Below, in pieces: positions 1 through 11,041 of a stretch of 64,000 bases of DNA. Source of the stretch: an uncultured Spirochaetota bacterium (GTDB lineage: Bacteria; Spirochaetota; Spirochaetia; SZUA-6; Fen-1364); contig CAVTHO010000004.1 of NCBI GenBank assembly GCA_963734545.1, forward strand, positions 384,001 through 448,000, given 5' to 3'. Under the pieces are notes generated by a model that worked only from the letters and a program-made list of their open reading frames with translations, had not been told where the DNA came from and ran no database searches. The position numbers and the translations under genes were made by a program. Each line of letters starts with the position of its first letter. Position 1 is the stretch's first letter.

Positions 1-3000
1 TCATTCAGATTCTGCAGCGTGGTGATCCTGACCTGCTCGATGAAACCGTCGCTGTTCGAATCCACCGTCTCGCGTGAAACAATGGTGATTGCGGATGGAA
101 TGAGCGCAACGGCCCCGGTTGTCTGCGCGCCGGGCATCGGGTTGCCCGCAGCGTCGAACACCGCGTTTCCGTTCGCGGGGATGACCGTGATTGTTTCGAG
201 GCCGTTGGCGACGCCCGTGATGGAGAGGGTGACCCGGATCGCACTTTCACCGCCTGCCAGAGGATTGTCGGAGGTATCTGTCAGGCCTGCAATCGCGGCG
301 CCTGTCGCATTGCCGCCGTTCTGCGCGAATGAGAGGGCCAGGTCTGTCACGATCAAAGCCGAGCTTCCGGTATGGAAAACACCCTCGCTCATCTGGACAT
401 CAATGTAGGCGTTCGTAGTCAGCGTGGAGCCGGTGATCAGCGGCACCACCCCGTCCACGTCCAGGTTCTTGTTCGCCGCCAGCGAGCCCGCCGCCCCAGG
501 TGCCGCCAGCGTCAGGGTGGCGTCATTCAGATGCCCGTCCCTTATCGTGGCCCCGTTGGCTGACAGCGACCCGGTTGCCACGTAGTCCAGGTCCCCATTC
601 ACGTCCCCGGCTGCCACCGTGTAGCTGAACACCAGCGTGGCAGTCCCGCTCCCGCTGGTGTAGCTCACCGTGCGGTCCACCGCCCCGGTCTCCAGCGTCA
701 ACGTCGGCGTCCCCCCCGCCACCGTCACCACCTTGGAGAAGCTCACCTGCACCGTCACCACGTCTGCCAGCTTGATCAGCCCGTCGGCATTGCTGGCGCT
801 CACCCCCGTCACTACCGCCACCACCCCGTCCACGTCCAGGTTCTTGTTCGCCGCAAGGGAGCCCGCCGCCCCAGGTGCCGCCAGCGTCAGGGTGGCGTCA
901 TTCAGGTGCCCGTCCCTTATCGTGGCCCCGTTGGCTGACAGCGACCCCGTTGCCACGTAGTCCAGGTCCCCATTCACGTCCCCGGCTGCCACCGTGTAGC
1001 TGAACACAAGCGTGGCTGTCCCGCTCCCGCTGGTGTAGCTCACCGTGCGGTCCACCGCCCCGGTCTCCAGCGTCAACGTCGGCGTCCCCCCCGCCACCGT
1101 CACCACCTTGGAGAAGCTCACCTGCACCGTCACCACGTCTGCCAGCTTGATCAGCCCGTCGGCATTGCTGGCGCTCACCCCCGTCACTACCGCCACCACC
1201 CCGTCCACGTCCAGGTTCTTGTTCGCCGCCAGCGAGCCCGCCGCCCCAGGTGCCGCCAGCGTCAGGGTGGCGTCATTCAGATGCCCGTCCCTTATCGTGG
1301 CCCCGTTGGCTGACAGCGACCCCGTTGCCACGTAGTCCAGGTCCCCATTCACGTCCCCGGCTGCCACCGTGTAGCTGAACACAAGCGTGGCTGTCCCGCT
1401 CCCGCTGGTGTAGCTCACCGTGCGGTCCACCGCCCCGGTCTCCAGCGTCAACGTCGGTGTCCCCCCCGCCACCGTCACCACCTTGGAGAAGCTCACCTGC
1501 ACCGTCACCACGTCTGCCAGCTTGATCAGCCCGTCGGCATTGCTGGCACTCACCCCCGTCACTACCGCCACCACCCCGTCCACGTCCAGGTTCTTGTTCG
1601 CCGCCAGCGAGCCCGCCGCCCCAGGTGCCGCCAGCGTCAGGGTGGCGTCATTCAGATGCCCGTCCCTTATCGTGGCCCCGTTGGCTGACAGCGACCCCGT
1701 TGCCACGTAGTCCAGGTCCCCATTCACGTCCCCGGCTGCCACCGTGTAGCTGAACACAAGCGTGGCAGTCCCGCTCCCGCTGGTGTAGCTCACCGTGCGG
1801 TCCACCGCCCCGGTCTCCAGCGTCAACGTCGGCGTCCCCCCTGCCACCGTCACCACCTTGGAGAAGCTCACCTGCACCGTCACCACGTCTGCCAGCTTGA
1901 TCAGCCCGTCGGCATTGCTGGCGCTCACCCCCGTCACTACCGCCACCACCCCGTCCACGTCCAGGTTCTTGTTCGCCGCAAGGGAGCCCGCCGCCCCAGG
2001 TGCCGCCAGCGTCAGGGTGGCGTCATTCAGATGCCCGTCCCTTATCGTGGCCCCGTTGGCTGACAGCGACCCCGTTGCCACGTAGTCCAGGTCCCCATTC
2101 ACGTCCCCGGCTGCCACCGTGTAGCTGAACACAAGCGTGGCAGTCCCGCTCCCGCTGGTGTAGCTCACCGTGCGGTCCACCGCCCCGGTCTCCAGCGTCA
2201 ACGTCGGCGTCCCCCCCGCCACCGTCACCACCTTGGAGAAGCTCACCTGCACCGTCACCACGTCTGCCAGCTTGATCAGCCCGTCGGCATTGCTGGCGCT
2301 CACCCCCGTCACTACCGCCACCACCCCGTCCACGTCCAGGTTCTTGTTCGCCGCCAGCGAGCCCGCCGCCCCAGGTGCCGCCAGCGTCAGGGTGGCGTCA
2401 TTCAGATGCCCGTCCCTTATCGTGGCCCCGTTGGCTGACAGCGACCCCGTTGCCACGTAGTCCAGGTCCCCATTCACGTCCCCGGCTGCCACCGTGTAGC
2501 TGAACACAAGCGTGGCAGTCCCGCTCCCGCTGGTGTAGCTCACCGTGCGGTCCACCGCCCCGGTCTCCAGCGTCAACGTCGGCGTCCCCCCCGCCACCGT
2601 CACCACCTTGGAGAAGCTCACCTGCACCGTCACCACGTCTGCCAGCTTGATCAGCCCGTCGGCATTGCTGGCGCTCACCCCCGTCACTACCGCCACCACC
2701 CCGTCCACGTCCAGGTTCTTGTTCGCCGCCAGCGAGCCCGCCGCCCCAGGTGCCGCCAGCGTCAGGGTGGCGTCATTCAGATGCCCGTCCCTTATCGTGG
2801 CCCCGTTGGCTGACAGCGACCCCGTTGCCACGTAGTCCAGGTCCCCATTCACGTCCCCGGCTGCCACCGTGTAGCTGAACACAAGCGTGGCAGTCCCGCT
2901 CCCGCTGGTGTAGCTCACCGTGCGGTCCACCGCCCCGGTCTCCAGCGTCAACGTCGGCGTCCCCCCTGCCACCGTCACCACCTTGGAGAAGCTCACCTGC

Positions 3001-6000
3001 ACCGTCACCACGTCTGCCAGCTTGATCAGCCCGTCGGCATTGCTGGCGCTCACCCCCGTCACTACCGCCACCACCCCGTCCACGTCCAGGTTCTTGTTCG
3101 CCGCAAGGGAGCCCGCCGCCCCAGGTGCCGCCAGCGTCAGGGTGGCGTCATTCAGATGCCCGTCCCGTATCGTGGCCCCGTTGGCTGACAGCGACCCCGT
3201 TGCCACGTAGTCCAGGTCCCCATTCACGTCCCCGGCTGCCACCGTGTAGCTGAACACCAGCGTGGCAGTCCCGCTCCCGCTGGTGTAGCTCACCGTGCGG
3301 TCCACCGCCCCGGTCTCCAGCGTCAACGTCGGCGTCCCCCCTGCCACCGTCACCACCTTGGAGAAGCTCACCTGCACCGTCACCACGTCTGCCAGCTTGA
3401 TCAGCCCGTCGGCATTGGGCGAGGTCACATTCGTGACAACGGCGGGAATTCCGTCGCTCACAGTGACGGCTGCAGTCTGGCTGCTGCCGTTTGCCGAAGA
3501 ATCGGCCACGGAGCCGGAATTGGTGAGCCTGACGCTTCCCGTTTCCATGTTGCCGATGGAGGCAGCAAGCGTGATCACGACAACGTTGTCGTTCGACGTA
3601 CCACCCGTCGAGAAGCCGGCGCCCTGCGCGTTCGCGCTCAAAGTGGAGAAGCCGCTGAACGTGAAATCCGCTCCGATCACGGAGGAATCCGCGACGCTTT
3701 CCGAAAGGGTGACCTGCACCGTGTTGACGCTTAAGGTCCGGGCAGAGAGAATCGCAGGCCCGGCCTTATCCAGCGTGGCAGGCGCGGCATGAGACGCCAT
3801 GAGTGTGCCGGATGCGTCACGCGCGCCGCCGGCTGAATTATAGGAGATGGCGGGCGTTATGCTCGTGGCCAGCGCCCCGTCCGTGAACGTGAGGTAGATG
3901 TCCGCGTCACCGGCCGTGTCCCCGTTGGTCGTGGAGCTGAATGCAAGACCCGCGGCGCCCGCCACCGTGAAACCTCCGGCAGCCGCCGTGATCGTTGCAT
4001 CATTCATGTTCGCGCTGAAGGTGATACGGACCGCGTCGATGAAGCCGTTGTTGTTCAGATCAAGGGTCTCCACGGCTGTCATGGTCGGTGAAGCGGGAAT
4101 GTTCGCCGTGACCGCCACGACTGACGTCTGAGTATTGGCGTTTGCAGAGAGATCTTTCAGAAGCCCCGCTGCCGACAGCTTGACGAAACCGGTGTATGCG
4201 ATGTTCGTCAGGCTGGCCGGGAGTGTGATGACGATCACGTTGTCGTTGGCCGTGCCGCCGGTGGAAAACGCGATGCCCTGGCCGTTTGCGCCCGGCGTCC
4301 CGAATCCGGAAAACACGAAATCCGCGGCAAACGCCGTGGCGTCATCCGCGCTCTCTGAAAGCGTAATCTCCACCGTGTTGATCGTCGTCGTGCGCGCGGA
4401 AACGATGGCGATCCCCGCCTTGTCGAGGGATGCAGCGGCGGGATACGCCGCGAGAGCAATCGCCGTTGCGTCCTGCACACCGCCCGGAGTGTAGGTGACA
4501 TTCGGCCGGGACCCGGAGTTGAGAATATTGTCGGTAATCGTCAGGTACATGACGTTGTCACCCGCTGTGCCGCCCGTGTTGAAGCCCGTGACCACTCCCC
4601 CCGCCACGGAGAACCAGGCGGTGGTGGTGAAAGTGGCGTCATTCATGTTCCGGTTGAATACCAGCTTGATCCTGTCTATGAAGCCGTCGCTGTCCGTGTC
4701 GGCCGTTTCCGCGTAGAGAATCGCCGGTGTTCCCGTGATGCCGTCCGCCACCGCGACAGGAGAGGTCTGCGTGTTCGCATTGCCTGCAGGGTCGTTCACG
4801 TAGCCGGTATTCGTGAACCTGGCATTTCCCGTCTCATTGACCCCGATGCTGGCAGCCAGCGTGATGAGAATCACATTGTCGTTCGCGGTCGTGCCCGTTG
4901 CAAAGCCGATGCCCGCGGCATTTGCCCCGCCCGTCGTGAACCCTGCGAACGTAAAGTCCCCGCCCCAGACACTGGCGTCGGCAACAGGCTCGCTGAGCGT
5001 GATTTCCACCTGTGTCGTCGAAAATGTCCGCGCGCTGATGATCGCCGGGCCGGACTTGTCTGCCGCAGTCTGCGCGGGCTGACTGGGAAGGGCGACAGGT
5101 GTCGGGTAATTGTCCGTCACGCTCCCCGCGGTGTAGCTGACGCCCGGCATGGCCCCGGTGCCCAGGACTCCATCCGTGAGGGTGAGGTACTCCACCGTAT
5201 CATTGCCCGGTCCCGCCTGTCGTGAACCCGGTCACCGTGGCCCCTGACACGGAGAAATCGCTGGTGCTTGTGAAGGTGGAATCCTTCATGTTCTTGGTAA
5301 AAACGAGCTTGATGCCGTCGATGTACCCGTCGCTGTTCGCGTCCGTGGTTTCCGCGCTCAGGAGCATGGGCGAGGGGCTGATTCCCGCTGAAACGGCCAC
5401 GGTCCCGGTCTGCGTGCTCGTATTGCCCGCCGGATCTCCGATAACTCCGGCCGCGGAGAACTGCGCAAAGCCTGTTTCGGCGACGCCGATCGACGCGGCA
5501 AGCGTGACAACCACGATATTGTCGTTCGCCGCGCTTCCCGTGTCGAACCCGGTTCCCGCCGCATTGGCTCCCCCGTTGCAAAACCCGAGAACGTAAAGTC
5601 GCCGCCGTTCATCGTCGTATCATCCACCGGCTCGGAAAGCGTCAGCTCCACGGTGTTGACGGTGCGCGTCCGCGCGCTGAGGATTGCCGGCCCCGCCCTG
5701 TCAGCCGCTGTCAGCGGGCCCTGGTCAGGCAGAGCGTGAGGAGTTCCATCATTGTCGGTGATATTGGCCCCGACGACGTCCGTGTCGTAGGAGAACTGAA
5801 CCGTCTGGCCCGATTTCAACACCCCGTCCGTGAAGGTAATGTAAACGTCATTGTCATTGGCCGTGTCCCCGTTTGTCGTCGAGCTGAATGCAAGACCTGA
5901 GGCTCCCGCGATTGCGAAACCGGTGGCCGCCGCGGCGATGGAAGAATCCTTGATGTTCTTGTTGAAGATGACGTGCAGCGCGTCGAGAGAGCCGTCGCTA

Positions 6001-7813
6001 TTGAGATCGCATGTCTCGACGCCCGTGATGAAAGGATTTGCGTCGAGGATGGTATAGGTCCTGTCATCCACTGCCTGGTAGGTGGCACCGTCGTCCCAGG
6101 AGAGCTCGAGGTGGCCGGCGGACGCGCTGTTCAGGTTCACGAAGGCGAGCCGGGTAATCGACCCGATGGTCAACTTGCTCGGGGTGATGCCGACGGAAAC
6201 AGGCGTAAAGGTGCCGGTGACCTGGATCCGCATTGTCCTGCTGTCGGGATACGTGGCAGCGGGGTTGACGCTGCCGCTGCCGTTCACGGTGAACGTGGGA
6301 TTGGTCACGCTGGTATCCCACGCGCAGTCCAGGCTCGCGGGGATCCTGATCCTCAGGAACTGCCCGACGGTGAAATACGGTGACACGAGCGCGTCCACCA
6401 GGACGATCTCATTCAGGTTGAGCGGACCGGCCCCGGGGGAAATGTCATCGAGTAGTAGGACGCTATGCTGGGCGAGTTGTTGAGCACGAAGCTCGCCGTC
6501 ACGAAGGCGGATGAATGCGACCCGAAGATGTCACTGGAACCGTAGCCGTCCCAGTACGCCGCCACGTCCACCGTGCCGGCGGGCGAAGGTTTCCTGATAG
6601 TCAGGTATCCCATGCCGCTCGGGTCGGTCTTTATCATCGCCGTGGTGATATTGTTCGTGCTGCCGGCATTGACCGCCGTGATATTTCCTCCATTGTTGAG
6701 GGTCACGTAGATGTTCCGGGACAGGGGAAGAGGCGAGTTGCTGTAGTCGACGACCTGCAGATTGACGGTCACCGTGTCATTGTCGTCCGCAATCGCAACC
6801 CCGCTCGAAGAGTAGGAGTTGAATCCCAGCGGCGGAACGACGACCTCCTTGGTGAATGTCATGACCACGTGGTCAGCCGGGGGAGCCGTGTACGGCGTGG
6901 CATACAGGGGATAGAGCTCCCCGGTGACGCTGTTCTTGAACCACACCTCGGCCACATCTATTCCGTCTGTCCCCGCTGCGCCCTCCGTGTACACCGCCTT
7001 CCATGTCGAGTTCTTCTGTGCAGAGCCAATGGCAAAGCTCTTCTGCGCGGTAGTTCCGTTCGTCGAGGCAGTGAGGGAGCCCTGGGAGACGTTGGCATTG
7101 TCGTACAGCGTGCCGGTATTGTTGTTGTCGAAGTCGTAGTTCCACGCGACAATGCTGCCGGTGGCAGTGTCGGGAACGAAGGGATAGAACGAATAGGATT
7201 TCCCTCCGCCTCTGACAAAGGGCACGCCCAGCACGTATGCGAATGCCCTGATCGTGCTCACGCCCGTCGGAGCTCCGGTGTTGGTGAACGAGACGTCATA
7301 CTGGTAGGAGTTCTTCGTCGGCGCGCCGCCCGTGGCCTCCACGGTGATCTTGAAATAGTACTTGTTCCCGATATGCTCGCCCTGCGTCGGGGACACCCCG
7401 CCGAAGTATGCCCAGCCTGCCGTATTCCATCCCACGGCGTTGTCCCAGTGCCAGTCCAGCATGTTGCCGATGTATTTGTCGTTGCCCGCGACGATCAATC
7501 CCCGGGCGCTCGGATCGCTGTAGCATCCCGGCCCTCCGAAGAGATTGAACCGGGACATCGACAGGCCGCCCTCGTCCGGCGCGGCGCCGGTCACGCCGGG
7601 ATTGTTCACCGCGAAGTAGAGTGTGGAGGTGATGCTGTCGGGCACCTCGAAAAAAACGGTCTGCATGAAGTCCTGGTCCCCATCGATCGCGTTTCTCGTG
7701 CTGCTGAGATACGCGTTGGGGTCAGAGGGCATTCTACTCTGGGCAGAGAGAGGAACCGGGAGGAGGATTGAGGCGATGAGAAGAGCCAGCGACGTTTTCA
7801 AGGCGCACCACAT
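1..7813 (-). CDS. Giant secreted/surface Ig-like repeat protein (>2600 aa, 3' end outside window), interrupted by 3 single-base frameshifts (~6440, ~5580, ~5205)
   Basis: Signal-peptide-like N-terminus (MWCALKTSLALLIASILLPVPLSAQ) at 7813. ORF pieces 6413-7813, 5358-6398 and 5200-5514 plus an unlisted frame that appears open from ~5205 to the window edge form one Thr/Gly/Ala/Val/Asp-rich beta-protein with recurring ET.D.N.DG..D motifs. Confidence 0.85.
444..3417. repeat. ~7.9 tandem copies of a 375-bp unit encoding a 125-aa Ig-like domain (NADGLIKLADVVTVQVSFSKVVTVAGGTPTLTLETGAVDRTVSYTSGSGTATLVFSYTVAAGDVNGDLDY...SLAANKNLDVDGVVAVVTGVSAS)
   Basis: Near-identical sequence recurs every 375 bp; antisense shadow ORFs start at 670, 1045, 1420, 1795, 2170, 2545, 2920 and 3295. 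Confidence 0.97.
3450..6030 (-). repeat. About four diverged ~210-230-aa protein-level repeats within the giant protein
   Basis: Recurring blocks ET.D.N/DSDG..D...F..N..D, NDN..Y.T.TDG, P.I.SART and VE.TLSE with NDN.V.TL.A.I, at roughly 640-bp spacing; the DNA has diverged. Confidence 0.7.
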
Positions 7814-7921
7814 ACAAGTTTAGCGCAAAAAGCCCCCACTCTCTAAATCGACAATAAGGCGCTTTTTCCAGACTGGAACGGATGTGGGGACAGGTTGGCG
7901 CGCGCAGATTCACGGCGCTGT

Positions 7922-7957
7922 GGAGAGGCCGCCGATGCCGGGCCGGCGGCCCTCTCC
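7922..7957. terminator. GC-rich hairpin downstream of the AraC gene
   Basis: GGAGAGGCCGCCG ... CGGCGGCCCTCTCC inverted repeat just after the stop at 7966. Confidence 0.5.
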
Positions 7958-7965
7958 GGGCGCTG

Positions 7966-8877
7966 TCAGGCCTTCTTGACCGGGAGCCAGACCTCGCAGT
8001 AGTAGTCCGCGGCCCTGGTGTCTCCCATCGAGTAGACCTCCAGGTCAGGACTGCTGGCATGCTCGTAGCCGGACGTCGGAAACCATTCCGAGTAGATGCG
8101 CCTCCAGACATCCTGGATTGCACCGGGCAGGGGCCCACGCGAGCCGAACACGGCCCAGGTCCCGGCAGGCACCGCCACATCCGTGCAGCCCCTGGGAAGG
8201 GCCTTCCGCGCCTGGGCGTCCTTCGGACGCTCGATCCCGACGAGATAAGTGAAGGTATTGGTCTTGTCGTCGAAATCGTTGACGCATATGCCCATGACAC
8301 CCAGCTTTGTATCTTTCGGCATCGCGCGCTCCAGAGCCTTCACGTGCCCCTTGCCGTTGCACTCATCCCAGAATGCCGGAATTTGACGTAAGTTCGCACC
8401 ATTTTCAGTGCTCGCGCGGATTGTGAGGCCCGTCACGGCAAACTCGTCCCGCTTCTCGATCCTGAACTCCATTGCCACATCTCCCTTCAGGACAACAGAG
8501 AAGGACATTCGCGGCCATACCTGCAGACGCACGCCGCCCGCCCGTGCTTCGCTCGGCGTGATGCCGAACTCGCGTTTGAACGCCCTGGCAAAGGCGTCCG
8601 GCGAGTCATACCCGAACCGGAGCGCCAGGTCTGTCACGCGCACTTCTCCCTCGGAAAGCTCCAGCGCGGCCCGGCTGAGCCGGCGCCGCCTGACGTACTC
8701 GCCGACGGTCACTCCGGTGACCACCTGGAACATCCTGAGAAAGTGGAAAGTCGAACAGTTCGCCTCGGCCGCGGCGCTCCTGAATTCGATCTCCCCGTCC
8801 AGGCCCCGTTCAAGGTAGTCCATGGCGGCTTCCATGCGTTCCTGCCAGTTGATGCGCCGTCCTCCTCTTCGTCCCAC
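7966..8877 (-). CDS. AraC-family regulator with C-terminal GyrI-like effector-binding domain
   Basis: AraC HTH (EYVRRRRLSRAA..., FGYDSPDAFARAFKREFGITPS) plus GyrI-like C-terminus (IQDVWRRIYSEWFP...EVWLPV); start uncertain. Confidence 0.9.
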   Translation of the reverse strand: MGRRGGRRINWQERMEAAMDYLERGLDGEIEFRSAAAEANCSTFHFLRMFQVVTGVTVGEYVRRRRLSRAALELSEGEVRVTDLALRFGYDSPDAFARAFKREFGITPSEARAGGVRLQVWPRMSFSVVLKGDVAMEFRIEKRDEFAVTGLTIRASTENGANLRQIPAFWDECNGKGHVKALERAMPKDTKLGVMGICVNDFDDKTNTFTYLVGIERPKDAQARKALPRGCTDVAVPAGTWAVFGSRGPLPGAIQDVWRRIYSEWFPTSGYEHASSPDLEVYSMGDTRAADYYCEVWLPVKKA

Positions 8878-8927
8878 AAGATACTACCTCGGATGGCGGC
8901 GCGCCGGCCCGACATTCATTGCGCTCT

Positions 8928-9830
8928 TCAGACGGGTCTCTCCAGCGCCGCCCGATCCCATCCCGAGAGGCTGGCAGCCGCTTCATACGTGCTGCCGCAA
9001 AAGTCCAGGAGGGCCTGCTCGGGATTGTCCGCTGTACGCATGTCCTCATAGCGGAACAGGAACTCGCGCAGCTGAGGATGGTAGAACGCGGCGGCGGGCA
9101 GGATGGCGGCGCTCCTGAGACCGGGAGGCTCCGGAGCGGCATAGGCGTAGAAGGCCGGCTCTTGAAAGGTCTCTCCGCCGGGCCAGAAGCCGCAGCTGAT
9201 GACCTCGTGCGAGTAGCCCTCTTTCGTCATCACGTCCGCTCCCACGCGTTCGGGAGCGCGCCGGCCCGAGAAAAAGCTCACTGCCAGGTCGAAGCTTCCC
9301 CAGAAAAAATGGACCGGGCTGCACTTGCCGATGAACCGGGACCGGTGGCGCCTGAGGACCATTGCAGTCTCGAGCAGGATCCGCCAGAACCGGGCGGCGT
9401 AGACAGGATCGTATGAGGCGTGCTGTTCGTCCTGGTCGCAGGGAATCGGGTTCTCTATTTCACTGGGAACCGGGTTGATGGCGACTTTGATCTCCAGGGC
9501 GCGCAGGCATTCCATGAACTCACGGTAGAGCTCGGCAACGGAGCGGGGAACCAGCGGCATGGCCCTGGAAGTGCCATCTGACGCGAGTATCAGCAGCCTG
9601 TGGTCGATGAAGTCGAACTGGACCTCAAAGACCCTGCCCTGTTTGTCATTGAAGGGGATGGGGCCCGTGGTCAGCCCGCGGACCGTCACCCGCAGCGAAA
9701 TGTGCCACCAGTGATTCTCATACGGGTTCAGCTTCAGCTTGACCTTGCCCACGATCTGGGTCCACAGGTGAAGCGTGTCGAGCGTGTCCTTCCACGCACT
9801 GTAAGAAAGGGCCGGCCACTTTTCTTCCAT
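8928..9830 (-). CDS. DUF5996 family protein
   Basis: TLHLWTQIVGKV, NHWWH and SPVHFFWGSFDLAV motifs. Confidence 0.85.
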   Translation of the reverse strand: MEEKWPALSYSAWKDTLDTLHLWTQIVGKVKLKLNPYENHWWHISLRVTVRGLTTGPIPFNDKQGRVFEVQFDFIDHRLLILASDGTSRAMPLVPRSVAELYREFMECLRALEIKVAINPVPSEIENPIPCDQDEQHASYDPVYAARFWRILLETAMVLRRHRSRFIGKCSPVHFFWGSFDLAVSFFSGRRAPERVGADVMTKEGYSHEVISCGFWPGGETFQEPAFYAYAAPEPPGLRSAAILPAAAFYHPQLREFLFRYEDMRTADNPEQALLDFCGSTYEAAASLSGWDRAALERPV

Positions 9831-9832
9831 GG

Positions 9833-10111
9833 CTATTCGAACGCGACCTCATCCACGTAGCACCACATCCAGTTCTCCCCCGGCTCCAGGGACTTGATGA
9901 TCGGGTGACTGGTCTCGTGGAAATGCTTCGTTGCGTGCCTGTTCTTCGACTGGTCGCAGCACCCCACGTGACCGCAGGTGAGGCACAGGCGGAGATGCAC
10001 CCAGGAATCGCCCGTCTTCAGACAATCCTCGCACCCTTCCGTGTTCGGCGAGACGTCCCTTATCTGGTCGAGATGTGCGCATATCGGCTGAGGCGGTTTC
10101 TTCTTTTTCAT
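9833..10111 (-). CDS. UBP-type zinc finger protein
   Basis: CAH...CEDC...WVHLRLCLTCGHVGCCDQSKNRHATKH...WCYVD. Confidence 0.9.
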   Translation of the reverse strand: MKKKKPPQPICAHLDQIRDVSPNTEGCEDCLKTGDSWVHLRLCLTCGHVGCCDQSKNRHATKHFHETSHPIIKSLEPGENWMWCYVDEVAFE

Positions 10112-10168
10112 CCGGAGTAATATAGGCAAAATTCCCCGAATAGTGGCGGCGGAATTGCCGGCGCTCGC

Positions 10169-11017
10169 CTATCGCGTTGTCGGCCTGTCCTTGTCGGTAA
10201 TCCATTCGCTCCACGAGCCGACATACAGCCGGGGCAATCCCTTCCCCGCATGCGCGCAGGCAAGCACCGCGTGCGCCGCGGTCACACCCGAGCCGCAATA
10301 GAAGATGGTATGCTCTGCGTCCCTGCCTCCCATGGCGGATTCATACAACCGTGCGATCTCTTCGGCCGGTTTGAAATGCCCATCCGGGCGGAGCGCCGAG
10401 GCGTAAGGCGCCGAAGCAGCGCCCGTGATATGTCCCGCCTTCGAGTCGATGGTCTCATTCTCACCCCGGTAGCGCTCGGCAGCCCTTGCATCGAGGACGA
10501 CCCAGCCGGGATCGTTCAGGACTGAGAGCACGTGCCGCGCCTCCACCGCGAGCTCGGGCCTGAACGCGGCAACGAACCTGGACAGGGGCCTGGATTCAGG
10601 TCCGCCGCCGCACGGCAGCCCTGCCCCGGTCCAGGCCTTGAACCCGCCGTCAAGGACAGCCGCGGCGTCGTGGCCTGCCCACTTCAGGAGCCACCACAGC
10701 CTGGCGGCCGCAAACGCCCCTGTAGACTCATCGTATGCAATGACCTGTGTCCTGGGCCCGATCCCCAGGCGTGAGAAAACCTCGACAATCGATTCCCGCT
10801 CCGGCAAGGGATGGCGTCCCGTGCGGCCCGGCACAATTTGACCCGCCAGGTCCTTGTCGAGGTCCGCGTAGACCGCGCCCTTGATATGGGAGGCGAGATA
10901 GTCCTTCTTACCGCCCCCGGGGTCGCGGATGACGAACCGGCAGTCCACGAACGCCCAGTTCGGATCAGCAAGGTGCTCTCGCCCCGTTGCGACGTCTATC
11001 AGCGTTGTATGCGTCAT
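10169..11017 (-). CDS. sseA: Tandem rhodanese sulfurtransferase (thiosulfate/3-mercaptopyruvate)
   Basis: GRHPLP, AARLWW, catalytic YCGSGVTA, and LYVGSWSEW signature. Confidence 0.9.
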   Translation of the reverse strand: MTHTTLIDVATGREHLADPNWAFVDCRFVIRDPGGGKKDYLASHIKGAVYADLDKDLAGQIVPGRTGRHPLPERESIVEVFSRLGIGPRTQVIAYDESTGAFAAARLWWLLKWAGHDAAAVLDGGFKAWTGAGLPCGGGPESRPLSRFVAAFRPELAVEARHVLSVLNDPGWVVLDARAAERYRGENETIDSKAGHITGAASAPYASALRPDGHFKPAEEIARLYESAMGGRDAEHTIFYCGSGVTAAHAVLACAHAGKGLPRLYVGSWSEWITDKDRPTTR

Positions 11018-11041
11018 TTCACTGCTCCTCTGCGCGGTGCA

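Noticed and set aside
444-3417. CRISPR or DGR interpretation of the repeats
   Set aside because: 375-bp coding units with no spacers; no cas or reverse transcriptase genes; no adenine-specific variation
670-3792. Eight repeated 96-aa plus-strand ORFs
   Set aside because: Antisense shadows of the minus-strand repeat protein; the unit variants are synonymous only on the minus strand
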